IMG/VR virus record: IMGVR_UViG_3300032167_000116 | Location: 1 to 64,000 of that record | Reading direction: 5' to 3' (one strand) | DNA: 64,000 nt | DNA from: an uncultured virus (IMG/VR IMGVR_UViG_3300032167_000116) | Taxonomy: Duplodnaviria; Heunggongvirae; Uroviricota; Caudoviricetes | Shown: in pieces, positions 8,509 through 16,520 of the stretch | How the letters are laid out: each line of letters opens with the position of its first letter | Position numbering within the stretch: the first letter of the stretch is position 1 | The notes under the pieces: generated by a model | What the model was told of the DNA's origin: nothing | Database searches by the model: none | The model's input: only the letters and a program-made list of their open reading frames with translations | Position numbers and translations under genes: made by a program

Positions 8509-10518
8509 TTATCGTGCGTTTCCTCTGCTTGCTGTCCGGTACATCCTTCCAAGCCTTGCATCAACCGCAGGTGCCAATTCGCCAACCAATGCGCCGCTAT
8601 CAAGCCGGATTTGCATACCGAATAGATTTTCAAGCAAAGCAATTATTCTGTTCATCCGGGTAATGATATCCGCATCATTTCCCGGCTTTGTTTCTGTTCT
8701 TTGTAACTCGTTCAAATCTTCCGCAACATTGGAAAGCCATGCCCGGTTGTTTTCCAACGGCACAACAGCTTCCGCACCGGAACCCTCTAAGATGCCGACT
8801 TGCCCTTTCTCCAGTACACCACCTTTTGCAAGGCGCGGAAGGGAGATTTTCGACACGGTTCCGACATTGATTCCCGGAAGTTTGTTTGCAAGGCGGATTG
8901 CACTGTTTATCAGTCCAATTCCCTTATTGATAGCACCTTCCACCAAGGATAAGGCACCATTCATTCCTTTTTTCACGGCATTTCCCATTGCGTTTCCGAT
9001 GGAAGTTCCGATTGAACCGAATTTGCTTTTCACCTTGCCCCAAAGCCCGGAGAAGAAGGAACCCCAACTGCTGAAAGCGGATTTGATATTGTTCCATGCG
9101 TTCCGGAAGGTATTGCGGAACCACGATGCAACCGAACCAAAAACGCCACGGATGCCGGACCATATTCCGGAGAAGAAAGAACGCGCTCCATTCCATATAG
9201 ACTTGACACCGTTCCATGCGTTCCGGAAAATTTGGGAAAACCACGATTTCACAGAATTAAAAGTAGACTTGATTCCGTTCCATATCCCCCGGAAGTACCC
9301 TGTCACCGCGGACCATGTTTTCTTAATAGCCGCCCACGCATCCGAAAAGTATTTCCGGATTGCCTTCCATGCGGAATTTGCAAGGGATTTTATCGTGTTC
9401 CATGCGGATTTCCAAAAGTTCCGGAAGCCATCGACATTGTTCCAAAGGTAAATAAACGCCGCCACAAGCCCCACAACAGCCGCCACAACCAAGCCAATAG
9501 GATTTGCCATCAATACCGCATTAAAGGCAATCATGGCAGTTCTAACAACCTTCACGGCGTTTGCCGCTGCGGTCATTATCTTTCCCCATGAAATAATTAA
9601 AACGAAGGCACCGATTGCCGTTGTTGCGCCTATAATAACGCCAACCCATGTTTGCACGGTTTCTTCGTTCTGCTTTATCCATGTGATAGCATCACGGAAC
9701 CAATTCACCATATCTTCAAGGACCGGGATTGCCTTTTCTGCAAGTGATGCAATCGCATTCCGAAGTGCTGTCATTATCGGTTCCCCGATTTCACCAACCT
9801 TCGCCATTGCATCCGATAAGCGTTCCTGCGCCTTCCGGGATTCCATGATATCCTTGTTGGTTTCTTTGTACTGCACGGATGCTTCGCTGTAAGTGCCTTT
9901 TAAGGTCTTTACAATCAAATCCTGCCGTTCTTCCTCGGTTTTCAGCTTCGCCAACTTATCGTTGAAATCCTCAACCGTGATTCCGGACCATTCCAAGGCA
10001 TCCGCAAGGCTTCCTTGCACTTCTCCAAGGGATGCAGAATGATTGATGCCCTCTGCAAGTCCTTCCAACGGCAACGATTCTCCGAAAGTGGCATATACTC
10101 CGGTCAAAATACCTGTTAGATCGGACAGTTCCTTTTCGTTGTCCGCAATCAATGCAAGATGCTGTGATGCTTCCACCGCCTGCCCGGAATCTCCAAGCAC
10201 GGCGTTAAGTTCTGAATAGGTGTCCTTTGCGGCTTTGGAACTGTGTCCTGCTGTCTGAAATGCCGCATCAAGCAGGTTCATTTCCGCCCTGTACTCTCTT
10301 GTACTTTCTACCGCACCGACAAATGCACCGCCAATGGCAAGCCCTGCCGCCCCGATGCCGATTGCAATATTCTTCGCAACACCGCCGATTTTTGAAAAGG
10401 CGGATTCGGTTTCGTTTGCGGATTCATGCGCCTTTTGTGTGGTGCCTTCCAGTGCGTTGTTCGCTTCTGTATTGTCTATTGCTATTGTTCCCAATAACTT
10501 AAACAATTCCATAAGCAT
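8509..10518 (-). CDS. Tape measure protein A
   Basis: 669 aa (probable start MELFKLLG at 10512); LADALEWSG, MANPIGLVVAA, Trp/Phe 11-residue repeats; follows the tail chaperones. Confidence 0.92.
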   Translation of the reverse strand: MLMELFKLLGTIAIDNTEANNALEGTTQKAHESANETESAFSKIGGVAKNIAIGIGAAGLAIGGAFVGAVESTREYRAEMNLLDAAFQTAGHSSKAAKDTYSELNAVLGDSGQAVEASQHLALIADNEKELSDLTGILTGVYATFGESLPLEGLAEGINHSASLGEVQGSLADALEWSGITVEDFNDKLAKLKTEEERQDLIVKTLKGTYSEASVQYKETNKDIMESRKAQERLSDAMAKVGEIGEPIMTALRNAIASLAEKAIPVLEDMVNWFRDAITWIKQNEETVQTWVGVIIGATTAIGAFVLIISWGKIMTAAANAVKVVRTAMIAFNAVLMANPIGLVVAAVVGLVAAFIYLWNNVDGFRNFWKSAWNTIKSLANSAWKAIRKYFSDAWAAIKKTWSAVTGYFRGIWNGIKSTFNSVKSWFSQIFRNAWNGVKSIWNGARSFFSGIWSGIRGVFGSVASWFRNTFRNAWNNIKSAFSSWGSFFSGLWGKVKSKFGSIGTSIGNAMGNAVKKGMNGALSLVEGAINKGIGLINSAIRLANKLPGINVGTVSKISLPRLAKGGVLEKGQVGILEGSGAEAVVPLENNRAWLSNVAEDLNELQRTETKPGNDADIITRMNRIIALLENLFGMQIRLDSGALVGELAPAVDARLGRMYRTASRGNAR

Positions 10519-10522
10519 TTTC

Positions 10523-10819
10523 CTATTCCGGCACGAAGCCTTTCAACATATCCCTTGATTCACTTATCGCATTGCTGATTTCCTCGTTTGTCATGTACTG
10601 TTCGCCGTGCTTCGGCTTTTCGCATTCCCTCACATAATCATCGAAGGACATATCCCCCCAAACTTTATGCAAGTAATACTGCCACCGCGCTTCATGCACC
10701 TTTTCATCGGCAATGGTTTTCAGTATCTCACAGACAAATTCGTGAAACTGTTGCAATCTGATAAATTCATCCATAATCAAAAATGGACTTGCATATCTCT
10801 GTGATAGCAAGTCCATCAA
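10523..10819 (-). CDS. Tail assembly chaperone, frameshifted C-terminal extension (gpT-like)
   Basis: In the -1 frame relative to 10831..11193, and open from the slippery site TTTTTTC at 10867-10861. Confidence 0.8.
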   Translation of the reverse strand: MMDLLSQRYASPFLIMDEFIRLQQFHEFVCEILKTIADEKVHEARWQYYLHKVWGDMSFDDYVRECEKPKHGEQYMTNEEISNAISESRDMLKGFVPE

Positions 10820-10830
10820 TTTGATATATC

Positions 10831-11193
10831 CTACCGATTGAACAACTTCGTAACTCGTCCGAAAAAATCGCGGAAATCCTCTTTCATTACAATCTCAACA
10901 ATAAGTTCGCCGTAATCTGCAAACGGCATCTTTGCAATATCCGTCTGCTTCATCCCGGTAAGACTTGCAACGAACATCTGAATTTCTTTTTCCGCCTTCG
11001 GGATGTTAGAAATCACGATTCCTGCAATGTCAAATAAAACATTCAAACCGACTTTCTCAACATCTTTTGCTTCGCCCTTGAAATCCTCAACATTGAAGCA
11101 TTCCTTGAACTCCCGGATTCCGATTGCGGAAATAATCTTACAGATTGCGCCCATATCGGATGCAACCAACGGTCTTAATTCGTAATTCTCCAT
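10831..11193 (-). CDS. Tail assembly chaperone (gpG-like)
   Basis: Between the major tail protein and TMP; ends DFRDFF over the slippery site. Confidence 0.8.
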   Translation of the reverse strand: MENYELRPLVASDMGAICKIISAIGIREFKECFNVEDFKGEAKDVEKVGLNVLFDIAGIVISNIPKAEKEIQMFVASLTGMKQTDIAKMPFADYGELIVEIVMKEDFRDFFGRVTKLFNR

Positions 11194-11218
11194 TGTTCAA
11201 TCTCCTTTACTTTATATC

Positions 11219-11806
11219 CTAGGCAGTCTGCTTCGGATAAAGAATGCGCCACGGAAGGGTGTCTGCTTCCGGGGAAACATCTGCTACACACTGGAATGTT
11301 CCGGTGAATACGCCTGCTTCCTTGTTCTTGCCCTCTACCTCGAAGCCGGAAGTACAAATTGCCTGCTCGAAGATAATAATGATCGGCGTTCCATTGGTCT
11401 TTTTGCCTACATAAGCAAGATTCTCGATGTAATCACCCTCGGTGATTCTTGCGCGAGAAGTGATTTCGGAAAAGCCTTCGTAAACCGTGGAATCCGCAAC
11501 ATCACCAACAACGCACATCTTCAAGATATCCGGTGTCATTTCAACAAAGTTCACTTCCATCGTTGCCGTTTCACCGACTTTGTGCTTTAAGCCCTTAACA
11601 GCTACAAGCGCACCGTCTACTTCGATATCCATAAACTCCGGAACAATGCTTACCTTGGAACCGCCGGAAGTAGCACCGATAAGAGATTCTTCAAAATTCC
11701 ACTTGCCATCCGCCAATGTCAAGCCCTTATGGATGGTGCCTGCACCAAGCATGATGTTCTCCGGAGTTTTTGCGGTAATACCGCTAGACTTTAATTCTTC
11801 GTACAT
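11219..11806 (-). CDS. Major tail protein
   Basis: IGATSGGSKVSI..DIEVDG motif; synteny; homologue at 49148..49900. Confidence 0.85.
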   Translation of the reverse strand: MYEELKSSGITAKTPENIMLGAGTIHKGLTLADGKWNFEESLIGATSGGSKVSIVPEFMDIEVDGALVAVKGLKHKVGETATMEVNFVEMTPDILKMCVVGDVADSTVYEGFSEITSRARITEGDYIENLAYVGKKTNGTPIIIIFEQAICTSGFEVEGKNKEAGVFTGTFQCVADVSPEADTLPWRILYPKQTA

Positions 11807-12198
11807 TATTTCACGCTCCATTCTTTTACATCTAAATTGATTTGGATTCTTTTAAGTTCGGCATCCTCTGTCGGAACAACCAAACTGTTTGCATAAAAAA
11901 TAGCCACTGCGGAACCATTGTCCGCAATGACTGTATTTCCGCCCACTTTGTTAAAATAGGCGGATATTGCTTCTTTCGCATCTTCCAATGCAAGCCACGA
12001 TCCGCGCGTGAACCCGGACAGAAGGAAGGATGCTTCCTGCAAGCCGGATTCATCGGTTGATTCGATTTCTTGGTATTCACCTACAAAGTAGGTTTCCGGG
12101 GCATCTTCATCCTCTGCTACATCGTAACGCATAAAGGAATAGGCAAGCCCCAAGGAATCCATTGCATCGGATATGATTTTCAATCCTGCTTTGCTCAT
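11806..12198 (-). CDS. Tail terminator/completion protein
   Basis: Synteny; homologue at 49897..50289 (LKRIQINLD.KEWSVK). Confidence 0.7.
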   Translation of the reverse strand: MSKAGLKIISDAMDSLGLAYSFMRYDVAEDEDAPETYFVGEYQEIESTDESGLQEASFLLSGFTRGSWLALEDAKEAISAYFNKVGGNTVIADNGSAVAIFYANSLVVPTEDAELKRIQINLDVKEWSVK

Positions 12199-12605
12199 TT
12201 CATCCTCACTTTCAGCACCTCTTTTGCCCTTCTTATCAAGGCAGGTTTCAAACTGATAAAGGCACGATGGAATGCCCGGTGCGGCTTTTTACCATAGGTA
12301 TGATGCCACTTGCCCTTCTCGTCTTGGTAGTACCAACCGCCTTTTCTGCCGTTGCCGTGAAGTGCGAAATCACCTGTACCAAATTCTTCCCATATTGCAT
12401 TCTGCAATGGGCTTCCGATGGTGCAAACACCTTCGCCTTCATCAACTCTGTAATTCCATGAACCTTTAAGCTGTCCGCTACCAACGCGCGAATTGTCCGC
12501 TACCTGCGAAGATAAAGATTCTCCGGCTTCGTACAGATAGGCAATCGCAGCATCGTTCAATACCGCTTTTACATGTGCGCTGTTGTCCGTAAATTGCACC
12601 GCCAT
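12195..12605 (-). CDS. HK97-gp10-like tail completion protein
   Basis: SGQLKGSW and AIWEEFGTG motifs. Confidence 0.8.
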   Translation of the reverse strand: MAVQFTDNSAHVKAVLNDAAIAYLYEAGESLSSQVADNSRVGSGQLKGSWNYRVDEGEGVCTIGSPLQNAIWEEFGTGDFALHGNGRKGGWYYQDEKGKWHHTYGKKPHRAFHRAFISLKPALIRRAKEVLKVRMK

Positions 12606-12607
12606 AA

Positions 12608-12967
12608 TCACTGCCCCCCGGTATGCTTCAGATAGATTTCCCACTGTGCATTCAAGCCCATAGGATTGTCAATCAGCATTACATCGTATCTCTGCGAATT
12701 TGCCACCATACGCGCATTTTCTGCGCTTACCCTTACCGTTTTACCTTCGATTTCTAAAGTTGCAGGAATCGGCAAATAATCGCAAATAAACAGGTGCGTT
12801 GATTCGTCTACTTTGGCATTGTATGTGGTGTATTTCGCTTCGCCGCCCTTAAAGTCAAGCCAACCGAACAATTCCACCACATCATGCCATGCCGGAACCT
12901 TTTCGCCTATCTCGTTCTTTGTGGTGGTGCTTACCTGCAAAACTGCTTTAATGTTGCCGCCTATCAT
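12608..12967 (-). CDS. Head closure/head-tail adaptor
   Basis: Starts MIGGN; KNEIGE..W, ESTHLFI, YDVMLIDNPMG motifs. Confidence 0.8.
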   Translation of the reverse strand: MIGGNIKAVLQVSTTTKNEIGEKVPAWHDVVELFGWLDFKGGEAKYTTYNAKVDESTHLFICDYLPIPATLEIEGKTVRVSAENARMVANSQRYDVMLIDNPMGLNAQWEIYLKHTGGQ

Positions 12968-12978
12968 GTAAACACCCC

Positions 12979-13500
12979 CTAAAAACGCGCTTTGTGGTAT
13001 TGCTTCAAAAAACCCAATACCGCTTTCGGATATCCGTCCGCGGCGCATTCGTTCGCCATATTGAAATACATCACAGTATGCCGGGAAATCGTTTCGGACT
13101 GCACGCCTACTTTCGGACGGTATTGCAAATCCCACTGAATCATATTTGCAACGCCCATCTTCACATCCGGCGGATAGACAACCTTTGTCACAAGCACATC
13201 TGTTTCGTCCAATGCTCCCGGAAGCGTGACAACATCCCCTTCGATTTCAGAAACGACATACAAGCCCTCGTTGAAATGCGATTCGGAAATCTGTATGGTA
13301 TCACCCACCTTGAACATTGCGGCATCCAAATATAACTTGCCATCCTCGATTGTTCCAACGGTCCGGAAGCCCCGGTGCTGAAAGTTATTGTTTGTATAGT
13401 TCCGAATAAACATTTCGATACCATCAAGCATTCCTTTCAGCACATCATCCGGCTTGTCTGTGGTTATGCGTTGCTTTAATTCCTCAACGGTCATAATCAT
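12979..13500 (-). CDS. Head-tail connector protein
   Basis: YPPDVKMGV..GVQSETISRH motif; follows the major capsid gene. Confidence 0.8.
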   Translation of the reverse strand: MIMTVEELKQRITTDKPDDVLKGMLDGIEMFIRNYTNNNFQHRGFRTVGTIEDGKLYLDAAMFKVGDTIQISESHFNEGLYVVSEIEGDVVTLPGALDETDVLVTKVVYPPDVKMGVANMIQWDLQYRPKVGVQSETISRHTVMYFNMANECAADGYPKAVLGFLKQYHKARF

Positions 13501-13518
13501 AGGGATTGCCCCCTTTCA

Positions 13519-14373
13519 TTACTTCTTGAAGGTTGCAAGAACTACCTTGGAAGCATTGGAAAGTGCAACGGTGTAAATCTCATCAACGGAAACCGCAGTC
13601 TTTCTTGCAAGGCTGAAACGCTCGGTTTCAACATTGACATTGCGCTTTCTGTAAACGGTCAATGCCGGGCTCTCATCCTCGGTTTCATTGTCACCGTTTA
13701 ACTTAACAATCGGACAAACATATCCGGTGCCGCCCTCGTTCTCCGGAACCTTCTTGGACGGAACAACTTCACAACCGCAAATCTTACCGATTGCACCGCT
13801 TACACGAACGGTTTCTGCCAACTTATCAGCGGCAAGGAAATCTGCATCCTTTCTTAACTTCGTAACCTGCTTCGGATGTACGAAAATAACCTTCGGAGAA
13901 TTTACTTCTTCCTCGAAGATATCAACCGCATCAACGATGCCGGAGTAAGAAATAGCGGATGCGATTCCGTCATACTTAAGCTGTGCAGTCTGTAATGCTG
14001 CCATTGCATCTGCATCAACCTTGGATGCGATGGACTTTGCAAGCTGTCCGTTTGCTTCGCCTACCGGATCGCCGTAACCGGAAAGAACTGCTTCATCGGT
14101 CAACTCAACAGCCTTCATTGCCTTCTTAACCTTTGCATTGGTGGTAGTAGCGGTAAGAAGTACGGTGCCGCACTCGATACCCTCTGCAACATCCTCTGCA
14201 TCACCGATGTAAGCGAACTGCGGAACGGTGATAGTGTCACCTGCGTTCTTTGCTTCAAGGGTGGTGTCAATCTTCGCGAACGGAGTAACAACAATCTTGG
14301 AATCAATCTTCGCGGAAATGATATCCGCCATAACTTCTGCATTGATAAGGTTCTCTAACATAGTAGTAGCCAT
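13519..14373 (-). CDS. Major capsid protein (N4-gp56-like family)
   Basis: GDTITVPQFAYIGDAEDVAEG and LTDEAVLSGYGDPVGEA motifs. Confidence 0.9.
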   Translation of the reverse strand: MATTMLENLINAEVMADIISAKIDSKIVVTPFAKIDTTLEAKNAGDTITVPQFAYIGDAEDVAEGIECGTVLLTATTTNAKVKKAMKAVELTDEAVLSGYGDPVGEANGQLAKSIASKVDADAMAALQTAQLKYDGIASAISYSGIVDAVDIFEEEVNSPKVIFVHPKQVTKLRKDADFLAADKLAETVRVSGAIGKICGCEVVPSKKVPENEGGTGYVCPIVKLNGDNETEDESPALTVYRKRNVNVETERFSLARKTAVSVDEIYTVALSNASKVVLATFKK

Positions 14374-14395
14374 AATTTTTTACCTCTCTTTTCGT

Positions 14396-15076
14396 TTAAT
14401 TATTTGTTTTGCCAGTCATTTGTGCGTACACATCCGGCTGTTCCTGCTTCAATTTCAATCTGCTCTGATATCCCATCTTTGCGAACTGCTCCTGCGTGAT
14501 GCCGCCTGTGGAGTTATCCCCGGAAGGTAATCTGTTATCACCAAGAACGCGCATATTGTTACCACTCGCAGATTCGAACATTGTCGGGAACTGCGTTTTC
14601 AGTCCGTCCTTTAACGCATCCCAACCCTTGATATTGTCGTTTTCATCAAGTGATAAGGTTTCGCCCTTCTCTTTCAGCTTTTCATTCAATTTGAATGTCA
14701 AGTAATCAACATCAACCGCCTTTTCCGAAAGCAAAGCAACCTTGATTGCGGATTTGATTTTCGTTTCCTGCAACTGTGCCTGCAAGTCTGCCACCTGCGA
14801 TTCGTAGCCAGTAATCTTGCCCTGCAATTCCTCGTTTCCCTTGGTCCCTTTCTTCAATTCTGCGATCAACTCGTTTGCGGATAAAAGTTCCGCTTCCTTA
14901 CCTTTCAACGATTCATTCAAGGCATCATACTTTCCCTTGCCGACATATTCGCCGGAAGCAAGGTTTGCAATCTTAATCAGCTTATCCTTGTTCGCTTCGT
15001 TGCCGTTGTGTTCGTTGATTTTGCTTTCAATCTGTGCGAAAAGTTCTGCACCTAACAACTCTTTTAAAAACTCCAT
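14396..15076 (-). CDS. Capsid scaffolding protein (Phage_GP20-like)
   Basis: MEFLKELLG..GEYVGKGK, coiled coil; upstream of the capsid gene. Confidence 0.85.
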   Translation of the reverse strand: MEFLKELLGAELFAQIESKINEHNGNEANKDKLIKIANLASGEYVGKGKYDALNESLKGKEAELLSANELIAELKKGTKGNEELQGKITGYESQVADLQAQLQETKIKSAIKVALLSEKAVDVDYLTFKLNEKLKEKGETLSLDENDNIKGWDALKDGLKTQFPTMFESASGNNMRVLGDNRLPSGDNSTGGITQEQFAKMGYQSRLKLKQEQPDVYAQMTGKTNN

Positions 15077-15230
15077 ATCTTCTTCCTTTCTTTGCCGCTG
15101 TTTTTATTTGCGGTGCCGCCGCAGGCAAGATGCCTTTTATATGTGCCCTGCATCCGGGGCAATTTTGCCGTGCTTTTAATCGACTTCGGGCTTCGGTCAA
15201 TCGTTCTGTTGATGCCAACAAAACGATAAT

Positions 15231-15258
15231 AATAAAAGCACCCCGAAGGATGCTTTTA
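15231..15258 (-). terminator. Rho-independent terminator after the endolysin
   Basis: AAAAGCATCC-TTCG-GGGTGCTTTTATT on the minus strand. Confidence 0.65.
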
Positions 15259-15969
15259 AATCTTAATAAGTTTTCCTGCTTTAAGCAGATTCAGCATTTT
15301 ATTGTTCTGTGCTGCCGTGTAACTGTACCCAACAATTCCATTCACTTCCGCAATGCGCGCCCGGTGTCCTTTGGAACTGTCAACACCGATGCTGTTTAAC
15401 GCATCTACAAGGCTTCCGGATTTGCCTGTGTACTTCGGATAATAGTCTATCTTGCTTGTTCCGCTTCCGTCCTCAAGTGCCATTACAACATGGCTTCCTT
15501 CCTTCAAGAAGATTCCGCCAACCTTTGCCAACTTATCACTTGCAAGATGTTCTTCGTCTTGGTATAAACGGAATTTCCCGGTTGCAAGAAGTTTCGCTCT
15601 CATGTTCCCGGTATATCCATCCGCCGCAATGTTCAATCCGGCAAGTTTATAGCAGGAAATAACAAGGGAAGAACAATCGAATCCGCCGGAACCTTTGGAA
15701 ATGTCACCGCCATTCTTTACGATGGACTTATATCCGAACCATCTGCGCGGCTGTGAATATCCGTATGATGAATCCTTGCAAATCTGCTCCATAATCTGTG
15801 CGGCTTTCTTTGCAAGTCTTTCGCTTGTGCATTCAAGGTATACATTCCATCCGCCGTTGTACCATTTCCGGGTGCATATCTCTTTCCCGGTTTGGTCCCC
15901 GGCTTTCTCTCCGCCATAACCTGCTTTTCCGTTTTCGTCCATTACTGCATGTCCGATCTTAATAGACAT
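15256..15969 (-). CDS. Endolysin (NlpC/P60-CHAP-like catalytic domain plus DUF3597-like cell-wall-binding domain)
   Basis: GDQTGKEI, GFDCSSLV, GSHVVM and SLVDALNSIGVDSS motifs; next to the holin. Confidence 0.8.
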   Translation of the reverse strand: MSIKIGHAVMDENGKAGYGGEKAGDQTGKEICTRKWYNGGWNVYLECTSERLAKKAAQIMEQICKDSSYGYSQPRRWFGYKSIVKNGGDISKGSGGFDCSSLVISCYKLAGLNIAADGYTGNMRAKLLATGKFRLYQDEEHLASDKLAKVGGIFLKEGSHVVMALEDGSGTSKIDYYPKYTGKSGSLVDALNSIGVDSSKGHRARIAEVNGIVGYSYTAAQNNKMLNLLKAGKLIKI

Positions 15970-15970
15970 A

Positions 15971-16243
15971 TCACTTCATCCCCTCTTTAATCTGTTTTAC
16001 AGCTTGGTTTGCTCCTGTGGATGCCAAACCGGAAACAATACCGACTGCGATTGCATCCAGTACATTGTTCGCCGGAAAGTCCGGGATAACAAACATTCCA
16101 ACAACGCCCAAAACACCGCCTAAAATGCCGACAATGGACGGAATGAAATTGTCCTTTACCTTCGGAAGCTGCTTGCAAAGCAATCCTACCAAATAGCAAA
16201 TAACCACGATTGCAACAACCGTTCCTACATTCGTAAAATCCAT
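15971..16243 (-). CDS. Holin
   Basis: 90 aa with 2-3 hydrophobic segments; GIVSGLASTGANQ motif. Confidence 0.85.
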   Translation of the reverse strand: MDFTNVGTVVAIVVICYLVGLLCKQLPKVKDNFIPSIVGILGGVLGVVGMFVIPDFPANNVLDAIAVGIVSGLASTGANQAVKQIKEGMK

Positions 16244-16276
16244 CTTTTCTACCTCACTTTCTTATTTTTTTGCATA

Positions 16277-16305
16277 CAAAAAGGACAGCCGATTGACTGC
16301 CCTTA
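16277..16305 (-). terminator. Rho-independent terminator
   Basis: AAGGGCAGTC-AATC-GGCTGTCCTTTTT on the minus strand. Confidence 0.65.
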
Positions 16306-16310
16306 ATACC

Positions 16311-16520
16311 TTACTTTCTGTCTTTGAAAAATTCTTTCCAATATGGATTTTCTTTGTCAAAGATTTCTTTTTCTTCCTTCGTCATATTGTGCGGATAGTC
16401 CGCAAATAGATTATAGATTTTCTTTTTGTCAAAGCTAAACAAGAACTGCCCGACTTGTTCAAGGTCATCTATCCACCATATCTTGTCATTGTCATTGATT
16501 TTATAGAAATCACTTAACAT
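16311..16520 (-). CDS. Small aromatic-rich protein coupled to the MuF extension (candidate immunity/partner)
   Basis: 69 aa, overlaps the MuF stop, AT-rich like the MuF C-terminal extension. Confidence 0.65.
   Translation of the reverse strand: MLSDFYKINDNDKIWWIDDLEQVGQFLFSFDKKKIYNLFADYPHNMTKEEKEIFDKENPYWKEFFKDRK

Noticed and set aside
1751..8510. Invertible or excisable tail cassette (shufflon)
   Set aside because: All tail genes are co-oriented, there is no invertase, and no convincing repeats flank module B (only a short AACAAAAGA match).
8457..8642. Small ORF or frameshift linking TMP-A to TMP-B
   Set aside because: The ORF stops before TMP-B, the equivalent ORF in phage 2 (46460..46651) is unrelated, and TMP-B has its own RBS.
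6459..9892. Long plus-strand ORFs opposite the TMP genes (and similar ORFs opposite most structural genes)
   Set aside because: These are antisense shadows of biased codon usage, with no RBS or recognisable motifs.
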